Source: an uncultured Gammaproteobacteria bacterium | Lineage (GTDB): Bacteria > Patescibacteriota > Patescibacteriia > UBA9934 > CAMTUG01 | Direction of reading: 5' to 3' | NCBI GenBank assembly: GCA_964588955.1 | Contig: CAZPQJ010000007.1 | Coordinates: 3,128-67,127, forward strand | Length of the DNA stretch: 64,000 nucleotides | Part shown: positions 54,869 to 62,900 of the stretch, one piece after another | How the letters are laid out: every line of letters begins with the position of its first letter | Position numbering within the stretch: the first letter of the stretch is position 1 | Translations under genes and position numbers: made by a program | Notes under the pieces: model-generated | Told to the model about the DNA's origin: nothing | The model's input: only the letters and a program-made list of their open reading frames with translations | Databases searched by the model: none

Positions 54869-56722
54869 CTAGCCGTCGATGATGCCGTCGCAGTCGTCGT
54901 CGAAGCCGTTGCAGGCGGCCTCAGGGGTGACACCATCGTCCCCCAGGCAGTCTTCGGCGCCCGGGTGAACCCCGGAGTCCTCGTCGCTGCAGTCGCCGTC
55001 GCAGACGGTGTAGCCATCGCCGTCCGCGTCAGTGGTGTCCGTATCCGGGTTGATACCGGCATCGTTATCGTCGCAGTCGTCGGCGTTGTCAACGTAACCT
55101 TCGGGCGCCACACAGGCGTCGTAGGTGACGCTCGCGTCGCCGAAGCCGTCGCCATCGGCGTCGGCGTAGAACGTGCTGGTGTCGATCGCGGAGTCTTCGT
55201 CCACGTCGCCGTCGCAGTCGTTGTCGACGCCGTCGCAGAGTTCGTCGGCGTCGGGGTTGATCAACGGATCCATGTCGTCGCACTCGGAGCACGCTGCGAA
55301 CCCATCGCCATCCGCGTCTTCGACCCCCACCGACCCATCGCAGTTGTAGTCGAGGCCAGCGTTACAGGCCTCGGGCGCGCCGGGGTAGTAGGCGGCATCG
55401 CTGTCGTCGCAGTCGTCGACGTTGTCGACGTAGCCCTCCGGCGCCACGCAAGCGTCGTAGGTGACGCTCGCGTCGCCGTAGCCGTCGCCGTCCGCATCGG
55501 CGTACCAGGTGCTCGCGTCGATCGCATCGTCCTCGTCCACGTCGCCATCGCAGTCGTTGTCGACCTCGTCGCAGAGCTCGTCGGCGTCGGGGTTGATGTC
55601 GACGTTGGAGTCGTCGCAGTCAGTGGTGGTTCGCGCGTAGCCAACGACGCTACCGCAGGAAATGATCGATCCAGAGGGATCGCTCGATCCGTAGCCATCG
55701 TCGTCAGCATCAAGGTAGAGCGGCACCGCGTCCAGCGCGGAGTACTCATCCGTCTCCCCGTCGCAGTCGTCGTCCTTGCCGTTGCAGTACTCGTCGGCGT
55801 CGGGGTAGATGGCTGCGTCGCTGTCGTTGCAGTCAACGTCGCTCGTGTAGCCGTCGCCGTCGAGATCGACAGGCGCGGTGTCGACGATCACGCCACTGTC
55901 ACCGGTGTCGGCCGTGTCGATCGTACCGGTGTCACCCGTGTCCGTGGTGTCGACGATCCCTCCGGTGTCGGTGTCGATCGCGGTGTCCACGGTGTCACCC
56001 GTGCCAGTGTCGCCGGTGTCGGCCGTGTCGACCGTACCGGTGTCGGTGTCCTCAAGCGGACAGATCTCGCCTTCGTCCACGTCGCCGTCGCAGTCGTTGT
56101 CCGCGCTGTCGCAGACTTCGGTGGCGCCGGGGTTGATGGCGTAGCTCGTGTCGTCACAGTCGTCCCCGTTGAAGACATACCCAATGGGGATGTCGCACTG
56201 CACCTGGATGGTCGAGGCGTCGCCGTAGCCGTCGTGATCCGCATCCTCGTACAAGGTGAACATGTCCTCGGCGGCGTTGTCGACATAGCCGTCGCAGTTG
56301 TCGTCGAGGTTGTTGCACGCCTCGAGCGCGCCGGGGTGAACGGCCGCGTCGGAGTCGTCGCAATCGTCGGACTCCAGCACCCAGGCTGCGCCATCGGAAG
56401 GCTGGCTGCAGCTTTCGTAGGCATCCTCGGTTTTGCCGTAGCCGTCGCCGTCGAGATCGAGGTACCAGGTACGTGTTCCCTCTTCGTCGACCTCGCCATC
56501 GCAGTCGTTGTCGACATCATCGCAGACTTCGGTGGCGTCCGGGTGGACGGCCGCATCGTTGTCGTCGCAGTCCTCGTCGGAACCGTAGCCGTCGCCGTCC
56601 GCGTCAAGCGCGGGCAGGCTGACGGAATCGTCAATCGCCGTCTCGTCGTTTCCGCCCTTCCCCGAGTCTTGCGGGAGGGGGCAGCCAGCGAGAAGAAACA
56701 GGAACAGGATGAAGGAACGCAT
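54869..56722 (-). CDS. Lipoprotein with MopE-like Asp/Cys-rich repeats
   Basis: The lipobox is LLAGC and the start is at MRSFILF. The C-terminus reads DCLGDDGVTPEAACNGFDDDCDG and is shared with the next gene. Confidence 0.7.
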   Translation of the reverse strand: MRSFILFLFLLAGCPLPQDSGKGGNDETAIDDSVSLPALDADGDGYGSDEDCDDNDAAVHPDATEVCDDVDNDCDGEVDEEGTRTWYLDLDGDGYGKTEDAYESCSQPSDGAAWVLESDDCDDSDAAVHPGALEACNNLDDNCDGYVDNAAEDMFTLYEDADHDGYGDASTIQVQCDIPIGYVFNGDDCDDTSYAINPGATEVCDSADNDCDGDVDEGEICPLEDTDTGTVDTADTGDTGTGDTVDTAIDTDTGGIVDTTDTGDTGTIDTADTGDSGVIVDTAPVDLDGDGYTSDVDCNDSDAAIYPDADEYCNGKDDDCDGETDEYSALDAVPLYLDADDDGYGSSDPSGSIISCGSVVGYARTTTDCDDSNVDINPDADELCDEVDNDCDGDVDEDDAIDASTWYADADGDGYGDASVTYDACVAPEGYVDNVDDCDDSDAAYYPGAPEACNAGLDYNCDGSVGVEDADGDGFAACSECDDMDPLINPDADELCDGVDNDCDGDVDEDSAIDTSTFYADADGDGFGDASVTYDACVAPEGYVDNADDCDDNDAGINPDTDTTDADGDGYTVCDGDCSDEDSGVHPGAEDCLGDDGVTPEAACNGFDDDCDGIIDG

Positions 56723-56870
56723 CGTTTTCTCCGGTCTTGGTGGGTGGGTCATACGGCTCTTTTGGTTTAGAGCCGACAAAGAAACCTACACGTTAAAGAC
56801 CAAAAAGTCAAGGGTTAAGACGTCATTACGCCTCCCCAGGGAGTACCCGGGGAGGCGTAAAAGTCAGGGA

Positions 56871-57473
56871 CTAGCCGTCCTTCTTGCCGTCACAATCGTC
56901 GTCGATGCCGTTGCAGCCTGCCTGCGGGGTGACCCCGTCATCGGCCAGGCAATCTTCTGCGCCCGGGTACATGCCGTTGTCCGCGTCGTTACAATCGCCG
57001 GCGCAAGTCGTGTAGCCATCGCCGTCGCTGTCGAAGCCTTCATCAACGCCGCCGTCGCAGTCGTCGTCGAGGCCGTCGCAGATCTCCATGGCGTTCGGGT
57101 TGATGACCGAGGAGGTGTCGTCACAGTCGGTGTTGTCGACCACGTAGCCCGCGACTTCCTCGCAGGAGGTGACCATCGCGCCCGCGTCCCCGAAGCCGTC
57201 GGCGTCGAGGTCGAGGTAGTAGAGGGTGGCGTCCGTGGCCGCGTTGTCCACTTGGCCGTCGCAGTTGTCGTCGAAGCCGTTGCAGACTTCTTCTGCCCCG
57301 GGGTAGACGCTCGCGTTGTCATCGTCACAGTCGTCGCCGAACACGAACCCGTCGTGGTCGCTGTCGATCTGATCGACGCCCGCTGTGGAATCGACCACTT
57401 CCGACGCCGTGTCGACATCGTTGAGTTGGATCGACGCAGAGGAACAGGCCAGCAAGAAGATAATCAAGGACAT
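56871..57473 (-). CDS. Small lipoprotein with MopE-like repeats (paralog of 54869..56722)
   Basis: The lipobox is LLACSS. The C-terminus reads DCLADDGVTPQAGCNGIDDDCDG. A ~50-nt 3' region including a terminator hairpin is shared with 54826..54877. Confidence 0.7.
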   Translation of the reverse strand: MSLIIFLLACSSASIQLNDVDTASEVVDSTAGVDQIDSDHDGFVFGDDCDDDNASVYPGAEEVCNGFDDNCDGQVDNAATDATLYYLDLDADGFGDAGAMVTSCEEVAGYVVDNTDCDDTSSVINPNAMEICDGLDDDCDGGVDEGFDSDGDGYTTCAGDCNDADNGMYPGAEDCLADDGVTPQAGCNGIDDDCDGKKDG

Positions 57474-57719
57474 GGATGATCTCCGGTAGAGATATGGATG
57501 CCATTTGCAGGTCTCTTGTAATCAAGAGCCAACAAAGAAACCTACACGCCGGAAGCCGAAAGGTCAAGGGTGGTAATACGTGGATTTTCAAAAAACGCCA
57601 GCTGCAAGGCGCGGGGAAGCCGGCGAAGGAGCCGTATCTAAACATACGGCGACAAGACGGCGGGGCCCCGCAACACAGCAGATGGCGGAATTTTGGAAAT
57701 CCATAATCCAAAATATGAA

Positions 57720-57757
57720 GCGCCCCTGAAGAAGAGAGAGCTTCCTTCAGGGGCGCA
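57720..57757 (-). terminator. Terminator hairpin (CCCCTGAAG palindrome) after the 57824 gene
   Basis: gcgcccctgaag-aagagagagcttc-cttcaggggcgc is followed on the sense strand by a T-rich tract. Confidence 0.55.
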
Positions 57758-57823
57758 AAGAGTTTCTTCGTCGCGCCCCCTTGGGAAGATTCCTCTTCTT
57801 CAGGGGCGCCTCGTTGTGCCGGG

Positions 57824-59158
57824 CTAGTAGCGCGTGGACCAGATCCAGTCACCGATGATGTAGGCGATCAACTCGCCCCCGTCTTCGACACCCGACTCCT
57901 TCGAGTAGGTGTAGTAGACCTCGGAGACGCCGGACCCCGAGGAGTCCGTGCAGACCCAGGAGATTTCTCCCCGGATCTCCACGTCGTCGGTGCCCTCGCC
58001 GGTCGACTCGACCGAGAAGTTGACGCCGTCGCCGTTGACGCAACCCGCGTTGATGCGGGCGGCCTCACCGGACTCCATCGTGTACACCTCGGAGATGGTG
58101 TCGGTGCTCGACGCGGTCGTGCCCAGGGACGAATCCCAGGACCAGCCAACGCTCGTCGCGACCTCCGCCTCGGTGTACATGGCCGCGCACTCCTCGGGCG
58201 AGACCCAGGTGAACGTACAGGTGTACGTCTCCGAGCCCGAGCCCGTGTCGCCGGTGTCGGTCGTGTCCTCGATGCAGGCGGCGGGGTTGCCCTCGCCGTC
58301 GTCACCGCACACCTTCCCGGCGGACGCGCAGTCGTAGGACTCGACCGCGGTGTGCTCCTCGTTGCAGTAGTACGTCACATCCCCGACGCACTTGGGGTAC
58401 TCGGAGCAGTCGATGCCCGACCCAGTGTCGCCGGTGTCCTCGCAGGCGTCGCCCTCGTCCACGCTGCCGTCGCAGTCGTTGTCGATCCCGTCGCACTTCT
58501 CGGTGGCGCCGGGGTTGACCTCGGGGTTGGCGTCGTCGCAGTCGACATCGTCGTAGCCGTCGTCGTCCGCATCGTCGTCGGCACAGGCGTCACCTTCGTC
58601 GGAGTGGCCATCACAGTCGTCGTCGAAGCCGTTGCAGGTCTCGGTGGCGCTGGGGTTGATGGCCCAGTTCCCGTCGTCGCAATCGCCTTCGTCCTCGGTG
58701 TAGCCGTCGCCGTCCGCGTCGTCGTCGGTGTCGCAGTCCTCGTCGATCGAGCCGTCGCAGTCGTTGTCCACGCCGTTGCCGCAGATCTCGGACGCGCCGG
58801 GGTAGACGCTGGCGTCGCTGTCATTGCAGTCGACACCTTCGCCGTAGCCGTCGTTGTCGACGTCCGTGTCGGTCTCGCAGACTTCATCGACGTCGCCGTC
58901 GCAGTCGTCGTCGAGGCCGTTGCACTTCTCGGTCGCGCCGGGGTAGATGGCGGAGGAGGTGTCGTCGCAGTCAACGTCGTCGCCGTAGCCGTCGCCGTCG
59001 GCATCGACCGGACCGGTGTCCGTGTCGGTGTCGCCGGTCTCGGCCGTCTCGCCGGTCTCCGCGGTCTCGTGGGAGTCCGCGGTGTCGACCGAGCCGGTGT
59101 CTCCGACGTCGGTACGGATGTTGTTGGCAAGCCCGCAGGCCATCAGGGTGATCAACAT
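57824..59158 (-). CDS. Lipoprotein with MopE-like repeats and a Cys-rich C-terminal domain
   Basis: The lipobox is LMACG and the start was chosen at MLITLMACG. There are 6 repeats, followed by a C-domain rich in C/W/Y. Confidence 0.65.
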   Translation of the reverse strand: MLITLMACGLANNIRTDVGDTGSVDTADSHETAETGETAETGDTDTDTGPVDADGDGYGDDVDCDDTSSAIYPGATEKCNGLDDDCDGDVDEVCETDTDVDNDGYGEGVDCNDSDASVYPGASEICGNGVDNDCDGSIDEDCDTDDDADGDGYTEDEGDCDDGNWAINPSATETCNGFDDDCDGHSDEGDACADDDADDDGYDDVDCDDANPEVNPGATEKCDGIDNDCDGSVDEGDACEDTGDTGSGIDCSEYPKCVGDVTYYCNEEHTAVESYDCASAGKVCGDDGEGNPAACIEDTTDTGDTGSGSETYTCTFTWVSPEECAAMYTEAEVATSVGWSWDSSLGTTASSTDTISEVYTMESGEAARINAGCVNGDGVNFSVESTGEGTDDVEIRGEISWVCTDSSGSGVSEVYYTYSKESGVEDGGELIAYIIGDWIWSTRY

Positions 59159-59194
59159 GGGGTGATACTCCGCGGCTTCAAGCCGCGCTCGCAC

Positions 59195-59432
59195 TGTTAC
59201 GGGAACCGGAAACTCACACAGGATTGTGCGTCCGTCGTCGTTGTCCAGGAATTGAACCTTTCGGACGGACGGAAGTTGGGGAACAGGATTGGGAGATAAA
59301 GATGGAGAAAGAGGGAGAAAAATGGATATTGGGAAAAAATTCTTTTCCCTTTCTCCTATCTCCTATTTTCTCCTACTTTTTCTCTATCCACCCAATTCCA
59401 CAACTTCCATCCGCCTATACAGATTCAATCTC
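59195..59432. repeat. Upstream module copy 1 (~240 bp): conserved 5' leader hairpin plus GGAGAAA-rich palindrome, directly upstream of the 57824..59158 gene
   Basis: It runs ggaaccggaaactcacacaggattgtgcg-tccgtcgtcgttgtcc...gaacctttcggacggacggaagttgggg, then ggagataaagatggagaaagagggagaaaaatggatattggg...ttcttttccctttctcctatctcc, then ccacaacttccatccgcc. It matches 61069..61292. Confidence 0.7.
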
Positions 59433-59534
59433 AGGTAACTGATCTTGTAAAGAACCCTCGCAGACCACGAACGTTTCATGATCTCTGAGAGTGGGTCCTC
59501 GGACTGTGTGCCGAGAACCCATCGAACGTCGAAC

Positions 59535-61028
59535 CTACTCCTCCTCGGACTCGGTCTGCTTGGCGCGGGCGGCGTCGGCTTCGGCCTTGGCTTGCGCCTG
59601 GGCTTCCAGCCGCGCCCTCTTCTGGTCGGCGAACTCGAGGCGATCACTGCCGACGATCGCCATCTTCAAGGAGAAGATCGCGCCGACACCCGCCGTGTCA
59701 TCGGTCCGCTCGTTGTGCTCCAAGGTGATGATCTGGACCCCCGTGTTGTAGGTGACCTGACCGGCCGCCTCGAACGCGAAGTTCCCGACCCGGAAGTCCC
59801 CGAAGCCGCTGAGGCCATAGAGGACTCCGCCGACCTGGGACTCCATGAGGGCGTCCTGGTCGAACAGACCGACCTGGACACCGTGCAGACCGATCACCCC
59901 GCCGATGCCGATCTCGTTGATCGGCTTCGCGTAGACACTGAACGTGCCCGCGTAGCCCAACGAGTCACCGGACAGGATCGCGCTGTAGCCACCGAACGCG
60001 GCACGGGCGTAGCGGTGATCGACGCCGAGGTGCGCTACCAGACCCGGGCCGATGAGCCCGGTGTCGAGGACGACACCCCCACCGATGCCGAGGGTGGGCC
60101 AGAACGCGCGGTTGTGCGCGTCCTTGAGCTCGGTGGTACGGACGTAGGCGGTGTCCGCGGTCTTGCGGACGGCGTCCACGATCTCGAGGGATCCCTTGAT
60201 CTCCTCGATCCGCAGGGAGTTCTCGGTCTGGAGCCCATCGATCTTCCCCTCGGCCGTCGCGAGACGACCGTTGGTCTTCACGAGCTCGCTCTGCTCGGCC
60301 TTGCCGTCGAGGCGCTTGCCGAGCAAGATCGCCGCGGCGAAGGACGAGTCCGTGGCGGAGGAGCAGTACACACTGTCTCCGCTCACCACGGTCCAGACCC
60401 CTTCGGCTCGGTTGATGGTGTACCCGTCCGGGACGCTCTGCGTGGCGGCGTAGGCGAACCCCACCGTCTCGCAGAAATCGACCCGCTGCATCTCCGCGAG
60501 GATCTTGGAGTGCTCGTCCACGGTGGCCGAGACCTTCTTCACCTCGCCGGCGGCCCAGTTGGCGGTGCGCTTCGCGTCCATCGCATCGACGACGTCCCGG
60601 TTGCCCGAGTCGGCGTCGATCGCCACCTCACACTTGAGGACGTCGGAGTCGAAGTTGAAGACGAAGCCGTCCTTCTCGCACACCGGCCGTCCGGCCTTGT
60701 CGCTCCACACCAGGCCAGAGACGGAACCGAAGTTCCCTCCGCCGATGATGGGGCGCTCGAGGTCGGACTTCCGCCAGTGGCGGATGGTGCCGTGGACGCG
60801 GTAGGACAACTCGACGGCGGCCCGCAGGCTCACCGGCTCGTCGGCCTTGGCGTCGCAGTCCGTCTTCGGGCACTCGTCCTTCTTCGGCTCGGCCTTCTTC
60901 TCGTCCGCGGCGACCGTGGTCGTCGTGGTCGTGGCCGTCGTGGCGGTGGTGGTGGCCGGGGTGGTCTTCGCGCTGGGGTTGGCGCCCGCAAACGCGGGAG
61001 CGGAAACGAGAACCAGGGAGATCAACAT
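59535..61028 (-). CDS. Secreted protein with a Thr-rich linker and a Gly-rich beta-strand (porin/OMP beta-barrel-like) C-region
   Basis: A signal peptide reads MLISLVLVSAPAFAGA. (T/A)n and CPKTDCD follow. Alternating Gly/hydrophobic segments and an Ala/Glu-rich helical tail follow. GC is high. Confidence 0.55.
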   Translation of the reverse strand: MLISLVLVSAPAFAGANPSAKTTPATTTATTATTTTTTVAADEKKAEPKKDECPKTDCDAKADEPVSLRAAVELSYRVHGTIRHWRKSDLERPIIGGGNFGSVSGLVWSDKAGRPVCEKDGFVFNFDSDVLKCEVAIDADSGNRDVVDAMDAKRTANWAAGEVKKVSATVDEHSKILAEMQRVDFCETVGFAYAATQSVPDGYTINRAEGVWTVVSGDSVYCSSATDSSFAAAILLGKRLDGKAEQSELVKTNGRLATAEGKIDGLQTENSLRIEEIKGSLEIVDAVRKTADTAYVRTTELKDAHNRAFWPTLGIGGGVVLDTGLIGPGLVAHLGVDHRYARAAFGGYSAILSGDSLGYAGTFSVYAKPINEIGIGGVIGLHGVQVGLFDQDALMESQVGGVLYGLSGFGDFRVGNFAFEAAGQVTYNTGVQIITLEHNERTDDTAGVGAIFSLKMAIVGSDRLEFADQKRARLEAQAQAKAEADAARAKQTESEEE

Positions 61029-61068
61029 GTCAGACTCCGTTGCGGCATTCTAGCCGCGTTGAGCACTC

Positions 61069-61292
61069 TTGGAACCGGGAAACTCACGCAGAATTGCGCG
61101 CCCGTCCGTTGTGTCCTTTTGGGTATTGAACCTTTCGGACGGACGGAAGTCGGGGTGGGAAGATAAAATAGGAGAAATGAGGAGAAAGAAGGATATTGGG
61201 GAAGACTTTCTCCCTTTCTCCTATTTTCTCCATCTTTTTCTTTTTATCCTTCCAAGATCCACAACTTCCATCCGCCACGATCAATTCAATCC
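61069..61292. repeat. Upstream module copy 2 (matches 59195..59432), directly upstream of the 59535..61028 gene
   Basis: The layout is the same three parts. The GGAGAAA palindrome is ataggagaaatgaggagaaagaaggatattggggaagactttctccctttctcctattttctcc. Confidence 0.7.
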
Positions 61293-61330
61293 AATCTATT
61301 TTGAGTAGGTTCAGTTGTAATGAACACCGA

Positions 61331-61725
61331 TAAGGTTCGACATAGCTCAGAAACGAGGAGGAGGCGTTCTGAACGACATCAAACCGTATCGAAGGTCATT
61401 TTTAGGGACAATTCGCAGATCTTGCGAACGCCTAAAAGTAGCAGGAAATTGGGTTTTTGTCAAGGGGTTTGTGGAGAAAATGGGAAAAATAGGAGAAATA
61501 AGGAGAAAATGGGAGAAAAATACCAAAACAAAACAACGTCCGCTTTATCGACCTGAGAATCACCTGTCGTGATGAGGAGGAGGCATCATGACCGTGCGGT
61601 CTCAGGCCGGCAAAAGGGGCGTTGTGGCGGGCACCTTACCAAAGCCCCGAGGGGGCGTCAAGAAGGTTATAAACAATAGAAAAATAGGAGAAATAAGGAG
61701 AAAGTTGGAGAAAAGTGACAAAAGC
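61331..61725. repeat. Tandem ~190-bp duplication (two units) ending in GGAGAAA-rich tracts
   Basis: Unit 1 runs gaggaggaggcg ... gtcaagggg ... aaaataggagaaataaggagaaaatgggagaaaa. Unit 2 runs gaggaggaggca ... gtcaagaagg ... aaaataggagaaataaggagaaagttggagaaaa. The shared DNA is read in different frames by the two small track ORFs. It is therefore judged non-coding. Confidence 0.5.
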
Positions 61726-62090
61726 TATTTTTTCGAAGCCAAATCTTTTGTCGAGAAAATATATCTATTTAACAACACTTGAACCGCCCGTAATTGTGCG
61801 CGCAACAACTCTGCGTCTATAATCTGAACTTTTCCCCGCTCCAATAAGAGGTCCGTCCAATGCAGTGCTTCAATGAGAGATCCACGCGCATTGTAGTTAA
61901 ACTTGTTGCGATCAAGAAAATGAAATCTTCCAAACCCCTCCGCGATATTCGCGCCAATGGAATCAATAGCAGAAATCCACTGATCCCCAATCACTTTCTT
62001 TGTTTGCCAATCGAATTTATCATAAAGAAGCCAGGCGCATTTTGATATTTGCCTGGCCTCACGGTAAACAGCGAGATCATATAAATCCAT
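61725..62090 (-). CDS. Four-helix-bundle protein (23S rRNA-intervening-sequence protein family)
   Basis: 121-aa ORF with the family-typical IANNIAEG-like core (GANIAEGFGR) and length. Confidence 0.7.
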   Translation of the reverse strand: MDLYDLAVYREARQISKCAWLLYDKFDWQTKKVIGDQWISAIDSIGANIAEGFGRFHFLDRNKFNYNARGSLIEALHWTDLLLERGKVQIIDAELLRAQLRAVQVLLNRYIFSTKDLASKK

Positions 62091-62132
62091 ATCCCCTTTC
62101 TCTTTTCTCCTTCTTTCTCCTACTTTTTCCCT

Positions 62133-62765
62133 CTATCCTTCATGAATCAACTGATGTCGACGACGAATGCGTTCTGCTTTTAACATGACAAAGGCTACGC
62201 CCGCCAAGCCACCAAGAACGGCTCCGGCGAAGGCGTTCAAGGGAATGTTGGGTCGCACCGGCCAGCGGGAGTTTAAGGGGTCATCGACTAATTGAATGCT
62301 GATCGATCCACCAGAGGTGTACTGCCAACCTTCGGTCACAATCACGCTCGAAAGCGCGCGGGCAATGAGTTCCGCTTGGGCAACATCTGGGTGATAGACA
62401 GCGATGGTGAGCAACCCTGTGCCGCGCGTTACCGTAGCGGCGACGGTTTTACCCCAAGTCTTGCGGCGCTTGTTGGCATCGGTGGGAAAGTAATCGCGGT
62501 CGATTTGACTAGAGGTAGCCATCACTTTGTCGAAGAAGGTGGTGGTGTAAATGACGTTGGTAATGTCTTCGGCCACGCGCTCGGCCGAACGACTGGCGGT
62601 GTAGGCATCAACGGTGCCAAGTTGTTGAATGATCAGCAAGCGTACGGTGGAGCTATAGGCCAACGGACGCAACAGAGAAAGCACCACACCCAACAAAATA
62701 CCAACAGCGGCCATGATGACAATGCTGTGCCAAAAATTTAACAAGGCGGAAGTATGGCGGGACAT
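62133..62765 (-). CDS. Polysaccharide chain-length determinant (Wzz/CapA/YveK-like co-polymerase)
   Basis: Two TM helices are present, at the N-terminus and at the C-terminus (GGLAGVAFVML). A periplasmic domain lies between them and a basic tail follows. Confidence 0.6.
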   Translation of the reverse strand: MSRHTSALLNFWHSIVIMAAVGILLGVVLSLLRPLAYSSTVRLLIIQQLGTVDAYTASRSAERVAEDITNVIYTTTFFDKVMATSSQIDRDYFPTDANKRRKTWGKTVAATVTRGTGLLTIAVYHPDVAQAELIARALSSVIVTEGWQYTSGGSISIQLVDDPLNSRWPVRPNIPLNAFAGAVLGGLAGVAFVMLKAERIRRRHQLIHEG

Positions 62766-62900
62766 AGAAAGATAAAAATAAAAAGTAGGAGAAAAAAGGA
62801 GAAAGGAGAAAGTGGGATAAACGGAGAAAATAGGATATTGGGGAAAGGACTTTCCCCTTTCTCATACTTTATCTTTTCTCCATCTTTTTTTTATCTCTTT
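62765..62900. repeat. GGAGAAA-rich palindromic element (copy outside the high-GC island)
   Basis: The sequence is gtaggagaaaaaaggagaaaggagaaagtgggataaacggagaaaataggatattggggaaaggactttcccctttctcatactttatcttttctcc. Confidence 0.6.

Noticed and set aside
49633-61166. Long plus-strand ORFs across the high-GC island (49633..51207, 51427..52866, 53079..54650, 54677..56770, 58352..59299, 59478..61166)
   Set aside because: They are antisense shadow ORFs typical of high-GC DNA. They are Val/Ala/Gly/Arg low-complexity with no signal peptides or motifs. The minus-strand partners carry lipoboxes and a known repeat architecture.
59285-62900. Possible CRISPR array suggested by recurring GGAGAAA-containing repeats
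   Set aside because: There are no regularly spaced identical direct repeats separated by unique spacers. The copies are imperfect palindromes scattered between genes, and no cas genes are present.
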